From contig SMSO01000035.1 in NCBI GenBank assembly GCA_004764695.1, forward strand, positions 186,001 to 250,000: DNA of 64,000 nt. Reading direction: 5' to 3'. The notes beneath the pieces were generated by a model. It was given only the letters and a program-made list of their open reading frames with translations. It did not search any database and was not told the origin of the DNA. The first letter of the stretch is position 1. Each line of letters opens with the position of its first letter. Made by a program: the position numbers and the translations under genes. Of this stretch, positions 1 to 11,452 are shown in pieces. Source of the DNA: Schizochytrium sp. TIO01. Taxonomy: Eukaryota; Protista; Bigyra: Labyrinthulomycetes.

Positions 1-1599
1 ATCAGCCCTTTGCTTAACTCGTCCTTCGTTCCACAGAACCAATCGGTGTTATTAACTTTCGAGATTCGGAACTGTCCCGAGCTTCTAGCCCTACCTCACA
101 AACAAATAGCAATTCGACACATGAAACGTTCTCAGCCCTGGAATCCAATTCAAGTGATAAACCTTGAACATTGTGACCTTGCTTCGAGTGGCTGCCGTTT
201 TGAAAGCATTATCGAAGGTATGCCACCTGGTACCCACGGATTCGAAATCCGCGTTGGAGAAGAAGGGAAACCTTACCCAGTCTTTTTTTTGGATGTAATT
301 AGTGAAAGTGTGAGCAGAATTCTGCCATTGAAGGCTGCCTTAAATTCAGATGTCGTTGACCGATTCTGGCCTTCTTATAGATCAAGTATTATAATATGCG
401 GAACTCTTGGGTGGGATGGTCAAAAACGAATCTGGCTGTCGTTGTTCGATGCAATTTACAAGCACTTTGATCTAACATATATAACTTTCAATCACGACAC
501 TCACCTAGATCTTGAGACGGATACAACTACGTTTCTTCCACTGCTCCGCCCCGAGCGCGTGTGGACTAGTCAACACCCTGGTCTCTCTCTGTTGCCACCG
601 TTCCCTGTGCATGATCGAACACAACTTCTTCTAATGCTCTGCAAGTCCATCAAGAATCTCCGTAACCTCAACTCAAAAAGTAATCAGTGCAGGCGTATGC
701 CTGGAGAACTACCGATGTGCTCTGCTGATCTTGAAATCTTAATTCGTCTCAACATTCCAAGCTTTGGGGCAGATTCAATCTTGCGAATGGCTGGTTCTCT
801 CGACGGACACGATACTTTCCTTTTTGCAAACAGCCAAGATGTGACAGACTGCCTCATCATTGATGTGGCACGTCTTGTTGGCATCAGCACAATTATCTAT
901 GATCTCCCAAACCTTGAAGCACAACATTGCGTCGACCCTGATTACATTGTTGGTCCTTCGTATGCAGCCATCACAGACAAATCTATGGTACCTGTTCAAG
1001 GAAAGAAACTCGTGATAAATCCTGGTGTTGACCTTTCCAAATTTAATCATTCAAGGTGGCATGCAGATAAACCGCCACAGCATCGGCCTGTGATTGGCTT
1101 CTTAGCTCGTTTGGAGCCAGAAAAGGCAAGTGGTCTCTTCATTAAAATGGTGCCGCATCTGGCAGATCTTGATGCGGACTTTGTGATTGTGGGAACAGGC
1201 GCCTTGGCTGATGGCTTACCTCGAATTGCCAAAGCGTATGGAGTGGACTCTCGTATTCAGTTTATGGGGTCTCTTTATGATAAAGATCTCGTCCAAATGA
1301 TGTCACGGATGACTGTAATCGTGAACCCTTCACAGACAGCCTCAGAAACGTTTTGTATTGCTAATATCGAAGCGATGGCAATGGGTGTTCCGGTGGTAAG
1401 CTTTGGTGCCGGTGGTATCCTTGAATATTTAGAAAATGGTTACAATGGAATCCTAGTTGACTCTATCACGCCCGAGGGGCTAGCAGAGGGTGTCAAATTA
1501 GCCCTTCGTTCTCATGTACAATTATCTGCAGGCGCTGTGGCAACGGCTCAGAGATTTTCGACTGAAAAAATGGTCAGTAATTATGTGGCTTTACTGTGA
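1..1599 (+). CDS. GT-B fold glycosyltransferase, family 4 (Glycos_transf_1), 5' end outside the window
   Basis: C-terminal motifs INPGVD, IGFLARLEPEK, FVIVGTG and ETFCIANIEAMAMGVPVV...GGILEYL..GYNGILV (EX7E). The frame is open from base 1 and the track's start at 10 is TTG, so the true start is probably upstream. Confidence 0.88.
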   Translation: MSPLLNSSFVPQNQSVLLTFEIRNCPELLALPHKQIAIRHMKRSQPWNPIQVINLEHCDLASSGCRFESIIEGMPPGTHGFEIRVGEEGKPYPVFFLDVISESVSRILPLKAALNSDVVDRFWPSYRSSIIICGTLGWDGQKRIWLSLFDAIYKHFDLTYITFNHDTHLDLETDTTTFLPLLRPERVWTSQHPGLSLLPPFPVHDRTQLLLMLCKSIKNLRNLNSKSNQCRRMPGELPMCSADLEILIRLNIPSFGADSILRMAGSLDGHDTFLFANSQDVTDCLIIDVARLVGISTIIYDLPNLEAQHCVDPDYIVGPSYAAITDKSMVPVQGKKLVINPGVDLSKFNHSRWHADKPPQHRPVIGFLARLEPEKASGLFIKMVPHLADLDADFVIVGTGALADGLPRIAKAYGVDSRIQFMGSLYDKDLVQMMSRMTVIVNPSQTASETFCIANIEAMAMGVPVVSFGAGGILEYLENGYNGILVDSITPEGLAEGVKLALRSHVQLSAGAVATAQRFSTEKMVSNYVALL

Positions 1600-1894
1600 T
1601 ATGTTAGGAGTACGTAGGGATTTTACTTCTCTTAAATATCAAAGATTAGAGCATGATGAAGAGCTTCTGTGTTTTTTGTTGAGAAGCATAGCGAGTGAGA
1701 ATCTAAATCGTATCTGGTGACACAGGGAGATGACCAATCTGTTTTGACGGTGCCCAAAATTGCTGTCAGTTCCACGCTACTAATAAAATCCATTTATATG
1801 TTTTATTTCACAAGAGAGGAAGAAATATTAAATCAAGAATGAAATTCCTTTACGGTTTTTTTGGAAAGTTAAAATAACGAACACATGTGTAATC

Positions 1895-4800
1895 TCAAAT
1901 CTGAGCCTTGTGAATTGGTGCGAGGTCGCCTTGGTCGTCATCGTCAGAGTCAGGGTCAACCCAGTCAGACGCGATGGGTCGAATCGACAATGTTGAAAGC
2001 CCTTCAACAGGTGTCACAGCAAAACCCAGCATCTTCGGTTGGTGTGGGGACTTGGTTGGGGAGTTGGTTGGGCTTACTTTTGCCTCAAAAGTCTCGTCGA
2101 TTTGCAGAGAGTTTCGCAGAACACTCGTCTTGTTACCTTGGACAAACACAATTTTAGGGAAAAAGATGAAGAACAAAGTTGTAAAACTACAAACAATTGC
2201 GAAGACCGCAATAAGAGAGAACCTTGAGGTGGATGAACTTTCAACAAGGAATACGATTGGCATGACAAAGGCATACGGCACAATGCATGCCACAAGGGCA
2301 ACCCCAACGTATCGCGCCTCACTGAATGCGGTTTTGAAGTTAATAGTACGAAATGCGTAGACAGATCCCATAACACCTGCAATGCCATGAATGGAGAGTA
2401 GCAATAACATATAACTGCTAAAATGTTGCGAGGTGCATTGCCCGTAACTTTTAATTGGGAAACCAAGCTGGTCAGTCACAATATCATGACGGGCATAGTA
2501 TGGAGTGTCATACCAAAACCAAACCGCACAAACAATCAAATCGGCACCAAGATATTTGGCACATATACGTAGCTTCTGATAGCGTTCCAATGTAATTCGG
2601 CGTAGCGCTCGACCATCGTAATCTTCGGCAGTCTTGTGAAGCTTAGCAAGCAGTGGTGCATAGGATAAGACAAAACCAAAGCAATATGTTACGATTGACC
2701 CCATACATCCCAAGTCTGCGTGGATATTTCCGCCATTTTCATCCGCCCGATTGGAAACATCATCCTCCAAACCGTTAAGAAGAACATTCATACCAATGAT
2801 ACTAGTACCAGTAAGTAGCATGAAGAGAAACTGGAACTGGGATGTCTGGAGGACGATGTGAGAGCGACTCTTTACAATCCAGCCCACAAGTCCAAGCTCG
2901 ACTGCCCACAGGAGTACAGTTGCGCAAAGTCCAACAGTGTGAATTTCTTGAGGAATTAGAGACAAGTCATCACTGGCGTATGTGCTGATTTCAAGGGGAA
3001 GTGCAGTTGCAACGTCCCATTGTAAAGTTCCTTGATCACTGAGAAATCGAATATGAGCAAGCATGGTATATTTGCCTTCAGCAAGATTGAGTAACTTGGA
3101 AGAAGTAGTGAAGTGTGGCAAGTCCATATCACCCTCTCTAGTTAACTCATTTGGGAGAGTGTTACTATGGAGATCAACACTAAGGCCACGTAAAAACGGA
3201 GTGCAAAATCGAACCTTGCGGTTGCAAAAATGCAAATTGACATGAGGAATATCAACTTCATTCATAGGCGAGAGCCAATGTTTTCCAGCTTCGATAGCAT
3301 TCGGATCATACTCAGAGCCAACCTCTACTCGTATAGACACCTCAAAATCTTGCAGCTGCTCACGTCGAAGGGGGAGTCTTGGGTGATTAAGAAACCTCAA
3401 ATGAATACCACTTGGGCATCTTGAAAGGGGTTCGTGGACTAGTCTTGGTTCGCCAAGCTCGTTATTGACAGGGGACACCCAACAAATGCTTTCATTGAGA
3501 TGACCCAGGTGATAGCCTTCCTCGACTTCGGTGGATTTTCCAGTGGAAGATAAACTTGGTCCTTCAGATGCCAAAACAGATACTGCGAGACTCTTTGAGG
3601 CCAGAATACGTTTCTCGCCATCTGAACTAGTAACCAAGGAAGAAACTACTATAATATAATCCCCAGTTTCTGGAATGCGTCCAGTAGCTTCAAAGCGACC
3701 AGCAGAAATCTCATATGTTGGAAACATTCCCATAACTGACTCAGGTGAGCATACAGTAGTACCTGCACGGCAATACACAGCCTCGCTGATAGAGCTTGGA
3801 ATCCATGACGATGTTGTGTCATCATCACCATTAGCTTGGAGCTGAAATACGAATGGCCTTGGAACACCAGCAAGAAAACTCACTGAGGAGTGATCATACG
3901 CATCTCCATCTTCTTGAATTGGGGTTCCTGCAAAGTCCACCGTCATTCTCATCTGAGAAGGACAGCTAACCATGCGAGAAGTTTCTTGATTGGATTCACC
4001 AGAGGTGTATTCTCGACAGTTCAATTTATCTATGTCACTAGATTTCTTCGTTGGTGTCCCTGCAGTGGCGGCTGGCATACTTGTTTTGTGAGCAATGCGA
4101 GCAATGTTGTATTGAACTTTGTCTACAGTCAGTACTTTGGCGTGAACAAGAATAGTATCAAAAGATGCTTCCATAACAAATCTAAGGCGCGTTGAATAAA
4201 CGCCAGTAGACTTTAATGAGGTAATAAGAGCCGGATTATGAATGGGACTAGCTGTAAAAGAGTTTGCAACGCCAAGTGGAGGGACACAAAATGGAATCCC
4301 AAATTCACATGCGGAGATTTGAACCTCCGCATACGTTTTGGTAGCATCACTGACCTCAACCAACGTTGAACAATTACCGAGATGATTGGGACACTCTGAA
4401 GATCCAAGAACAAGGTCTACTCGAGGGAGATAAGTGCGTCCAGTGACTAATTCCATGGTAATATTAGACTCCAAGATTACATTGAGTCCCATTGGACAAG
4501 ATGCGAGGAGTTCGGGTTCACCATTGGTATACTGCGTATGTTGAGGATCATGATAGGTCACCCAACATGTGGGTTGCTCAAGGTGTCCCATGTAATATCC
4601 TGAAGGTGCCTCCGATGAAGGCGTAAGGCCTTCTAGTCCATCCAACGGGGGCTTCGAACCACCACCTGCAAAATGAACTGTTTTTGTAAAGGCCCAGATT
4701 TCGCCAAGCCACTCTGCCACATTTTCAAGTTTATACCCTAGGGAGTCTCCGCCTACAAGGTTACGTAAGTAGACTGTCATTGTGGAATGCAGACGCCTAC

Positions 4801-5965
4801 CATAATTGTCAAAAACAATAAGCCCAGAAGTTCCTTGGAATGAGGTTTCGGCCATTCCAGAAGACTCGACTTGGCCTAAACTTGAGCACATTCCAAAGCC
4901 AAGCGCCGCAATTCCATCAAATGCTAAGCTTGCACTGTCATCGAGACGTAGATCAACATCAAACCCAGAACGATTAACAAGCGATGAAATGGTATTGGAT
5001 GAAGCATTATCTAGCCAGCGAGAAAGGAGTTCCCAGGGCTTCTTGTCTTTTAAAATACTGGTCTCTAACCCGCGGCTTGAAAGGTACAAAGACCCCTCCA
5101 ATGGTACAGAGGTTGCAGTCTGAAGAGTTTTCGAGTCCAACATATCTGTGAAAGTCCAAAGCCAACCATCCCCAAGCATGGAGTATTGGCTTGCAAATTT
5201 AGTAACTGATGTGAATGAGTCCTCGCTTACAGCTGCAAGAATAGAGCGAAGCCCACTGCGGCGAGCAGCCTCGACCGCTACTTCTATCGCATTTATATCA
5301 TTTGGAATGATTTCAAAAGGAACAATTTTTAGCGAGGGCGACCGCAACGTAGCTTTCTCTAAGCTAGCTCGCCACGCAAGCCCCGTAGGACTTTGTTCGT
5401 AAAGAAGGATAATCTTAGCGTGGCCGAACCTGCTGTACAAGTCCATGACTGCATCTGCAGACTCATGTGTAGGGGCGGCGATACGAAATGAATTCGGGGT
5501 CAGACGATGTGATGCCACAGCTTCAGAACTGGTTTCAGCATCAGTTGACATGTATGGAATATTCAGAGCGTGCGCGGCCAACGCAAGCCCTGAATGGCCA
5601 TGCTCGTCATGACAGTTTGGTCCAAAAACTACATCAAGTTGTGAGATATCGATTTGATTTTCAAGTTCTCCTTGCTGGCAATCACTGATATTGAGAAAGA
5701 TGGTTTCGATGGTTCGACTGCAATCCTCTATAGTAGCAAGCTCTTCAATAATACTATCGTTGCGCTCATTGAAGTGCTGGCTAGCTAGAGCTGTAGTCAC
5801 CATCGTAGATTTCCACTGTTGATCGTCGTTCCATGTTTCTGTTTCGTGAATAAATACTCCCACTCGAAGTTTTCCAGTTGTAGTTGCTGCCTCAATGTGC
5901 CAATAGTTTGCCACACCATGGAGAGCAACCGTGAAAACCATAGCAAAACGAAGCATGCTTGGCAT
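1895..5965 (-). CDS. Class C (GABA-B-like) GPCR: signal peptide, Venus-flytrap/ANF-receptor domain, three repeated extracellular modules, 7tm_3 domain
   Basis: Hydrophobic N-terminus; VFT-like motifs (VVFGPNC, ALNIPYMS, FRIAAP, AFDGIAALG, SFQGTSGLIVFD); seven hydrophobic segments with class C motifs C..FGFVLSYAPLLAK, FSEARYVG and TLFFIFFPK. Confidence 0.85.
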   Translation of the reverse strand: MPSMLRFAMVFTVALHGVANYWHIEAATTTGKLRVGVFIHETETWNDDQQWKSTMVTTALASQHFNERNDSIIEELATIEDCSRTIETIFLNISDCQQGELENQIDISQLDVVFGPNCHDEHGHSGLALAAHALNIPYMSTDAETSSEAVASHRLTPNSFRIAAPTHESADAVMDLYSRFGHAKIILLYEQSPTGLAWRASLEKATLRSPSLKIVPFEIIPNDINAIEVAVEAARRSGLRSILAAVSEDSFTSVTKFASQYSMLGDGWLWTFTDMLDSKTLQTATSVPLEGSLYLSSRGLETSILKDKKPWELLSRWLDNASSNTISSLVNRSGFDVDLRLDDSASLAFDGIAALGFGMCSSLGQVESSGMAETSFQGTSGLIVFDNYGRRLHSTMTVYLRNLVGGDSLGYKLENVAEWLGEIWAFTKTVHFAGGGSKPPLDGLEGLTPSSEAPSGYYMGHLEQPTCWVTYHDPQHTQYTNGEPELLASCPMGLNVILESNITMELVTGRTYLPRVDLVLGSSECPNHLGNCSTLVEVSDATKTYAEVQISACEFGIPFCVPPLGVANSFTASPIHNPALITSLKSTGVYSTRLRFVMEASFDTILVHAKVLTVDKVQYNIARIAHKTSMPAATAGTPTKKSSDIDKLNCREYTSGESNQETSRMVSCPSQMRMTVDFAGTPIQEDGDAYDHSSVSFLAGVPRPFVFQLQANGDDDTTSSWIPSSISEAVYCRAGTTVCSPESVMGMFPTYEISAGRFEATGRIPETGDYIIVVSSLVTSSDGEKRILASKSLAVSVLASEGPSLSSTGKSTEVEEGYHLGHLNESICWVSPVNNELGEPRLVHEPLSRCPSGIHLRFLNHPRLPLRREQLQDFEVSIRVEVGSEYDPNAIEAGKHWLSPMNEVDIPHVNLHFCNRKVRFCTPFLRGLSVDLHSNTLPNELTREGDMDLPHFTTSSKLLNLAEGKYTMLAHIRFLSDQGTLQWDVATALPLEISTYASDDLSLIPQEIHTVGLCATVLLWAVELGLVGWIVKSRSHIVLQTSQFQFLFMLLTGTSIIGMNVLLNGLEDDVSNRADENGGNIHADLGCMGSIVTYCFGFVLSYAPLLAKLHKTAEDYDGRALRRITLERYQKLRICAKYLGADLIVCAVWFWYDTPYYARHDIVTDQLGFPIKSYGQCTSQHFSSYMLLLLSIHGIAGVMGSVYAFRTINFKTAFSEARYVGVALVACIVPYAFVMPIVFLVESSSTSRFSLIAVFAIVCSFTTLFFIFFPKIVFVQGNKTSVLRNSLQIDETFEAKVSPTNSPTKSPHQPKMLGFAVTPVEGLSTLSIRPIASDWVDPDSDDDDQGDLAPIHKAQI

Positions 5966-8900
5966 CGCAGGTATTGTTTACCTTTGATTCTACAAGTCGG
6001 GCTACGACACTACACCAAAACTATCCTCTTGAAGGGGTTTCCTTGCAATGCCAATTCAAACGTAAACCCAACAATGCAGAGTTTCTTAAGCACTTGGTTT
6101 GCAATTTCATGTACTGGTAGTGACAGCAATACTGCCAGCGCCAGCACTGATGCAGAAGTACGACAACTATGCCTCACGGCCCGTCGTCTCCTGAATCCAA
6201 ATCGGGATTACTAATTCAGACAGCAACAACTGCAACAACAACAACAACCAAAACCTAATAATTAAATAACACGTAGGTCGAGGTACACGGCTAAAGACAG
6301 AATTGTAAAGCGCAGTAGGTCAGTGATGGTTACTTACTTTTCTACTTACCCACTACCAGTATATGTTAAGAAATCAACAAAAACATGCGGAAAACTGTGT
6401 TCCAATTTTACTTAAACAATAAGTAGAGAGGCCTTCCACTTAAGTAAAAAGTCCCCTGTTGACCAAACAACGAGCATAACATTACCTTATGCATGCACTA
6501 TCATGGCGTTCAGTTTTCCTAGATTGTGCAACTATCCATAATTTCTACAACGTTTTCGTATTAAAAACGTTCAATCAAGTAGAAGGTTTCACGTAAATAA
6601 CGATACACAGAACCGCTCTTGTGTGCCTCCATTCTTGTAAAAATAGTACATAGTACTACTTCAGTTCTTCCTTATGACTAGCTGCGCTGCTTCTATGTGG
6701 GCGTGCCCCCCGAAGTTCTTTAATCGAGCCGTTAGTTCATTTAACCCATTTGTCTTCCGAATAATAGCTCATTTACCTTTATTATAATAAAATAATAATA
6801 TTTTAAAATCTTAATTTTAATTAAAATATGTACTTTACGAACTTGAAACTTGAAGTTTAGAAAAATATAAATTTCAAAAGTATACTCTGAAGACACACAA
6901 AGAAAAAGAATATCTTGTGAGAAAAAGCGTCATAATTGTATGTTTCGTTCTTTTATACCCAAGCTATTATAGTCTTCCCATTTTAGCAGCTTTATATACT
7001 TAAGTGCTTTCGATCAGAGACCTTGACTGTAGATAGAGGTGAGATTGAATTGATATTATGCTACATAAAACTCTAAAAGCTTGAGTTTTGTCTACTCTCA
7101 CAATGCGTGTAATCTACACGTGAAGAAGGATTTGAGTACTGTTGAAGAAAGAATCTTAGAGTGTACCAAGTATCATCGTCTTCAATAACTACACCAGCGC
7201 TAGCATCAACAGCAACAGGAAAACGACATAAACAACAACCTAAACAGGAATATAAACAAGGAAGAGTATATATTAATACAGTGACCCTGCACTTTGTTTT
7301 GAAATACAAGGTTTAGGTTGACACGCCTCCGTCTGGCTGGAAAGTTCAAGAAGTTAATTAAATGAAAATTAACCATCTGTGATGATTTACAAGAGCAAAA
7401 ATATTATTTAGAACGTAAGCCCATGGATCCCAAAACCTGCCATTGCTAGAGACTTCGACCGGAGCAGAGAGATTGTACTGAGATAGTGGGGCATAAGAGC
7501 AAGACTAGTGCTTACAGCCATAATAAGTGCAAGTCTCAAAGGTGCTAGAGCAAGCTATTGATCCGCTGCATGTTTTAATACAGCAAATCAAGGTTTCATA
7601 CATTTCCGTATCCTTGAAGGAATAATGTTGATCTTTCTAGACTGTATCTTGCTACTGGTGGCCAACAGGAAATTACTGACCCGTTGTTTGGACAATTTTG
7701 GACAATATCTAGCTTAACCATCAACTCCCTCAACAGTAAAAGAGTTGTTCTGAAAGGCATACAAAGAAGGGTATCAAGCAACTAGCGCATTATCCAAAGA
7801 AGAGGGAAGAAAGAATACGAGAGAGTTCTATGCATAATATACAGTAATTACACTATCAAATTATGTTGACTCAACCATGTTTGAGCTTTAGCAAAGTTCC
7901 AATAAAGCTTTCTCTGCCAGCTCCTAGCTTCTCAATACTACTGTAATAGAGCCGCGGTGATGCAGCTTGAAGTATAGTTCCTTCTACATCTCATAAAGCC
8001 TCATTCGTCTTACTTTCAATCTCATAACTGAATCATTCTCTGCTGCTATGCTATGCTACATTGTACAAGCCAAGCAAGATCCTGTTTGCAAGAAACATTA
8101 ATATATGTTGATTTTGTATCTCTTCTCCTCAAAATGACTGCATCCGCAAGTAGATTAGTTGATCTGACAAACTAGAGTGTTACATAATACTTGATGTCTC
8201 AGGAATATTTGATAGAAACAGGAAAGCGTCGTATTCTAATGCATATAAATTGACAAATATAAAATGTAGGTCTACCAGTATCGAAGAGAATTTGAAGGAT
8301 GGAATATAGCACTTCTCAACGGACCAGGCAAATGCTTCCCTGGTCTGTTCTCGAACTTCCTAAGCAAAAGGGCAAATAGAAGGAAGAGACATCATGCAGA
8401 ATGCAGGAGATGGTGCCTACCTACAGGAAGTTAAATAATGAAGATTGGTTTCAAGACAACAGAAAAGCCTGCAGTCTTGCAATAGCAATTTAGAAGCATG
8501 ATCATTGTTCTAATCAAAGAAAACAATTAAAACACATCATATATATTCTAGGGTTAAGGCTAAAGCCAAAGCACATCATCAGGTTCCATACATCCATTTA
8601 TCTGCAAGTGCTCACGCCTCCTCTCACTATTTCATTGAGGTAAAAATGGCGCACATTCATTAATAATCAAATCATACTACGCTGAGCAATCAACATAGCC
8701 TAGCTAAAATTCAGCAATCTTAGTGTTGACCAAAGTGAATTTTATCTGCCTGAGATGGATGATATCTCAGATTAAGGAATGTGGTACCCGCTAAAAAACA
8801 ATGATGATAGCACGTTAGCTGCTACGAGTTTCTATCAGATTTAGAAATAATCCTGAAAACCTTAACAACGATAAACTATATCGATGGTTCCTTCATACTC

Positions 8901-9141
8901 TACGTCTATAATCGAAGTGAGTTTTCAGCCTCGTGTACTGGGTAATCTCTCCGTCCATTAGATTATTCACGATTGCCTGCAAAGTAGGGATCCCAAATTT
9001 GGAAATATTGTTTATTTTTTCATTTATTTTTCTGTCCATATTTTCTCTTTTCAAGTGAAAATCTCTCAAGCCAGCAACTCTTGGCGCACTATCGTATTAC
9101 TGGACGTTGGTGAATGAGATCAGGTTCTGTCCTATGACGTG

Positions 9142-9267
9142 TATACCAAAACTCACATACTTTTTTCCATGTAAAGATGCAATTATACCAATACTCACAT
9201 ACTCTTTTCCATGTAAAGATGCAATTATACCAATACTCACATACTCTTTTCCATGTAAAGATGCAAT
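9142..9267. repeat. Tandem repeat, 3 x 42 bp
   Basis: Unit TATACCAA(A/T)ACTCACATACT(T/C)TTTTCCATGTAAAGATGCAAT starts at 9142, 9184 and 9226. Confidence 0.95.
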
Positions 9268-11452
9268 CAAAAGGTTCTAAATCAGAGTAAATTGGAATAT
9301 ATTCTCCAGGTATCTAGATTTTCTCAATGTCGAAGCCTATAGTATTTTGTTCTCCATGTGCTAATTTTTTTGCCGTTCAAAAACTAACGATCATCAACAA
9401 GTTTGTGCTACCTGATCCTGCTGCTATTTGCCCCACCGTCAAACTGCCGGAGTGTGATGCTATCGCTCTACCACAAGTCTGTCTGTTCTATACGTCTTAT
9501 CCACGGTCACCATCATTAACCCTGATTCTCGTCTCGAGGAGAACACACTTGAAACCCATTATAATACAAAATGGTAGATGGGTCAAATGGACGAATGATA
9601 CCTCGGTATGAGGGGACGACCTGATGGACCCCCCTTTACTGGTTCGGAATGTAGAAAGCCATTGTGTTGTGCAGATAGACATAAGCCACTACTGTGAATA
9701 TGTAACTCTTATCGTCTTCAGTAATACCAAGGCGAGGACCCCAAAGCTCGCTTTGCAACACACAGATCAGATGGTAGTAGGTGGTACTTTGTAATACCTA
9801 GAATATAAAAAAAAAGGTATAAAGAAAAAAGGAAAAAAGGTACCGTTAGCTGCCTTTTTCACTGACTTGTATTGAATGCCAGTCATTGTGTTAGTCTGAA
9901 TCTTTAACTCAAGTTAAAAGGTGCTTACTCAATACCTCTGACTACTGAGAGTGCTGACTTGTGCTTAACACCATGAGTGCCCCGGCGAGTAGCTGCGAAA
10001 TGCACGCGTCCAAGTCACGCGTTGTCCTTGGCAAGTAGGTGAATAATGCAAATGAAGTTTTTTTTCGTCACATCGCTCCAAGGCCGCAGAAATCACTAAG
10101 AATTAAAGTTCCAAATCAAGAGTTATCATAACCAATCGGCACCCTTGAGATAGCGAGCTGCGGCAGTAGCAGCAATGGTCAATTCGATTAATGATAGCAT
10201 TATTGACGTTAAGGCTTGAAGTATTCTGAGCGGGTCTCTAAATAAAGTTGAAGATGGTAGTTGCAGGAATTTCTCGTCAGTGTTTTGTCACGAGAGAACA
10301 TGTGTCAAAACGATATCACTGCTTCATCCCAGAACTCCAACTAAGCATGCTCACAAGTTCTACTTTTTATATTTTACAGTTTTTATTAAAAACTTATTTT
10401 GTTCAACCCAAAACGAAACTTAATGACAACTGATTGGATAGTAATCCTGATAGCACTCAGACAGACGCAAAGTTTTATCAATGCACGTCTCATGAATGGA
10501 TTCCCTCTAGTTTTAATATATATATACACTCCCTGCTAACGCAGTATATTGATTCGCCCAGTGAATATAATTTGAAGCACTAAACCCTTTTGGCCAGACA
10601 CCAACCTGTTGAAGGCCTAGCTAGTAGGTAGTAGGTACTAGTCCTTTCTCCATTCAATTATTTATGTTTGTTTCATTTTACTGATCTTTTGGAAGTATCT
10701 CCCCTAACACTGGGTTCATGTCGATAAGGTGTACTATTAAAACTGCTAATCACCATATAAAAACATATTAGTAGGCGCTTTTTTTTACAATTTTTATTGA
10801 TATGAACGAGGGGTGGGGTGTATAAGGAGGGTGAAAAGAGTCTACTACCTAGTAGTACTACGTTCCGGTTGAAGAAGTTACAAAGGAAAACTCGGCAGCG
10901 ACTCACTCAACAAAGGTCACAGCAAACTCTAATCTCTGCTTGCTACTTCGTTCAACCTTCCGCAGAGTTTTGATTACGGCTTCAACTTGCGTATTCACGT
11001 AGTTGCCATAGGTTTTCGCCACGAGCCCTTGACAAGGAGAATATAAGCCACCAGGGGTTGTGCCATTTCCGTGGCCCAAGCAGGTTGCGTAAGATCACGT
11101 TAAAAAAGTTCCTCGAATAGAAACGTCAAGCTTGACGTCAGCCCGCGTTCTGCTTTCAAAACTCTAGGTAACTTGAGTGCAACGGCAATCACTTCGAGTG
11201 AAATATTCTGTTTCCATTGTCCTATCGAGTTCGTTCTCTAGGTTTGATAAACGTTTTTCTGGTCTTGAGCTTCGACGGTCCTACTTTGTTAGGACTTACT
11301 TCATACTTGGTATAAGTCTTGGTGAAACCAGATTTAAACCTATATATACCACACGACTGTTCTACACGTGTATTCAAACCAAGAGAATTAAAGGGACAAC
11401 AGAATTGAACAGCGAGCCACTCGTGCTTAGCAAACTTTAGTTCCTGAAAACC

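Noticed and set aside
8410-8490. NNEDWFQDN peptide resembling a LINE ORF2 motif
   Set aside because: Too short, with no RT or endonuclease motifs nearby.
9142-9267. Possible CRISPR-like array
   Set aside because: Head-to-tail repeats with no spacers, no cas genes, eukaryotic context.
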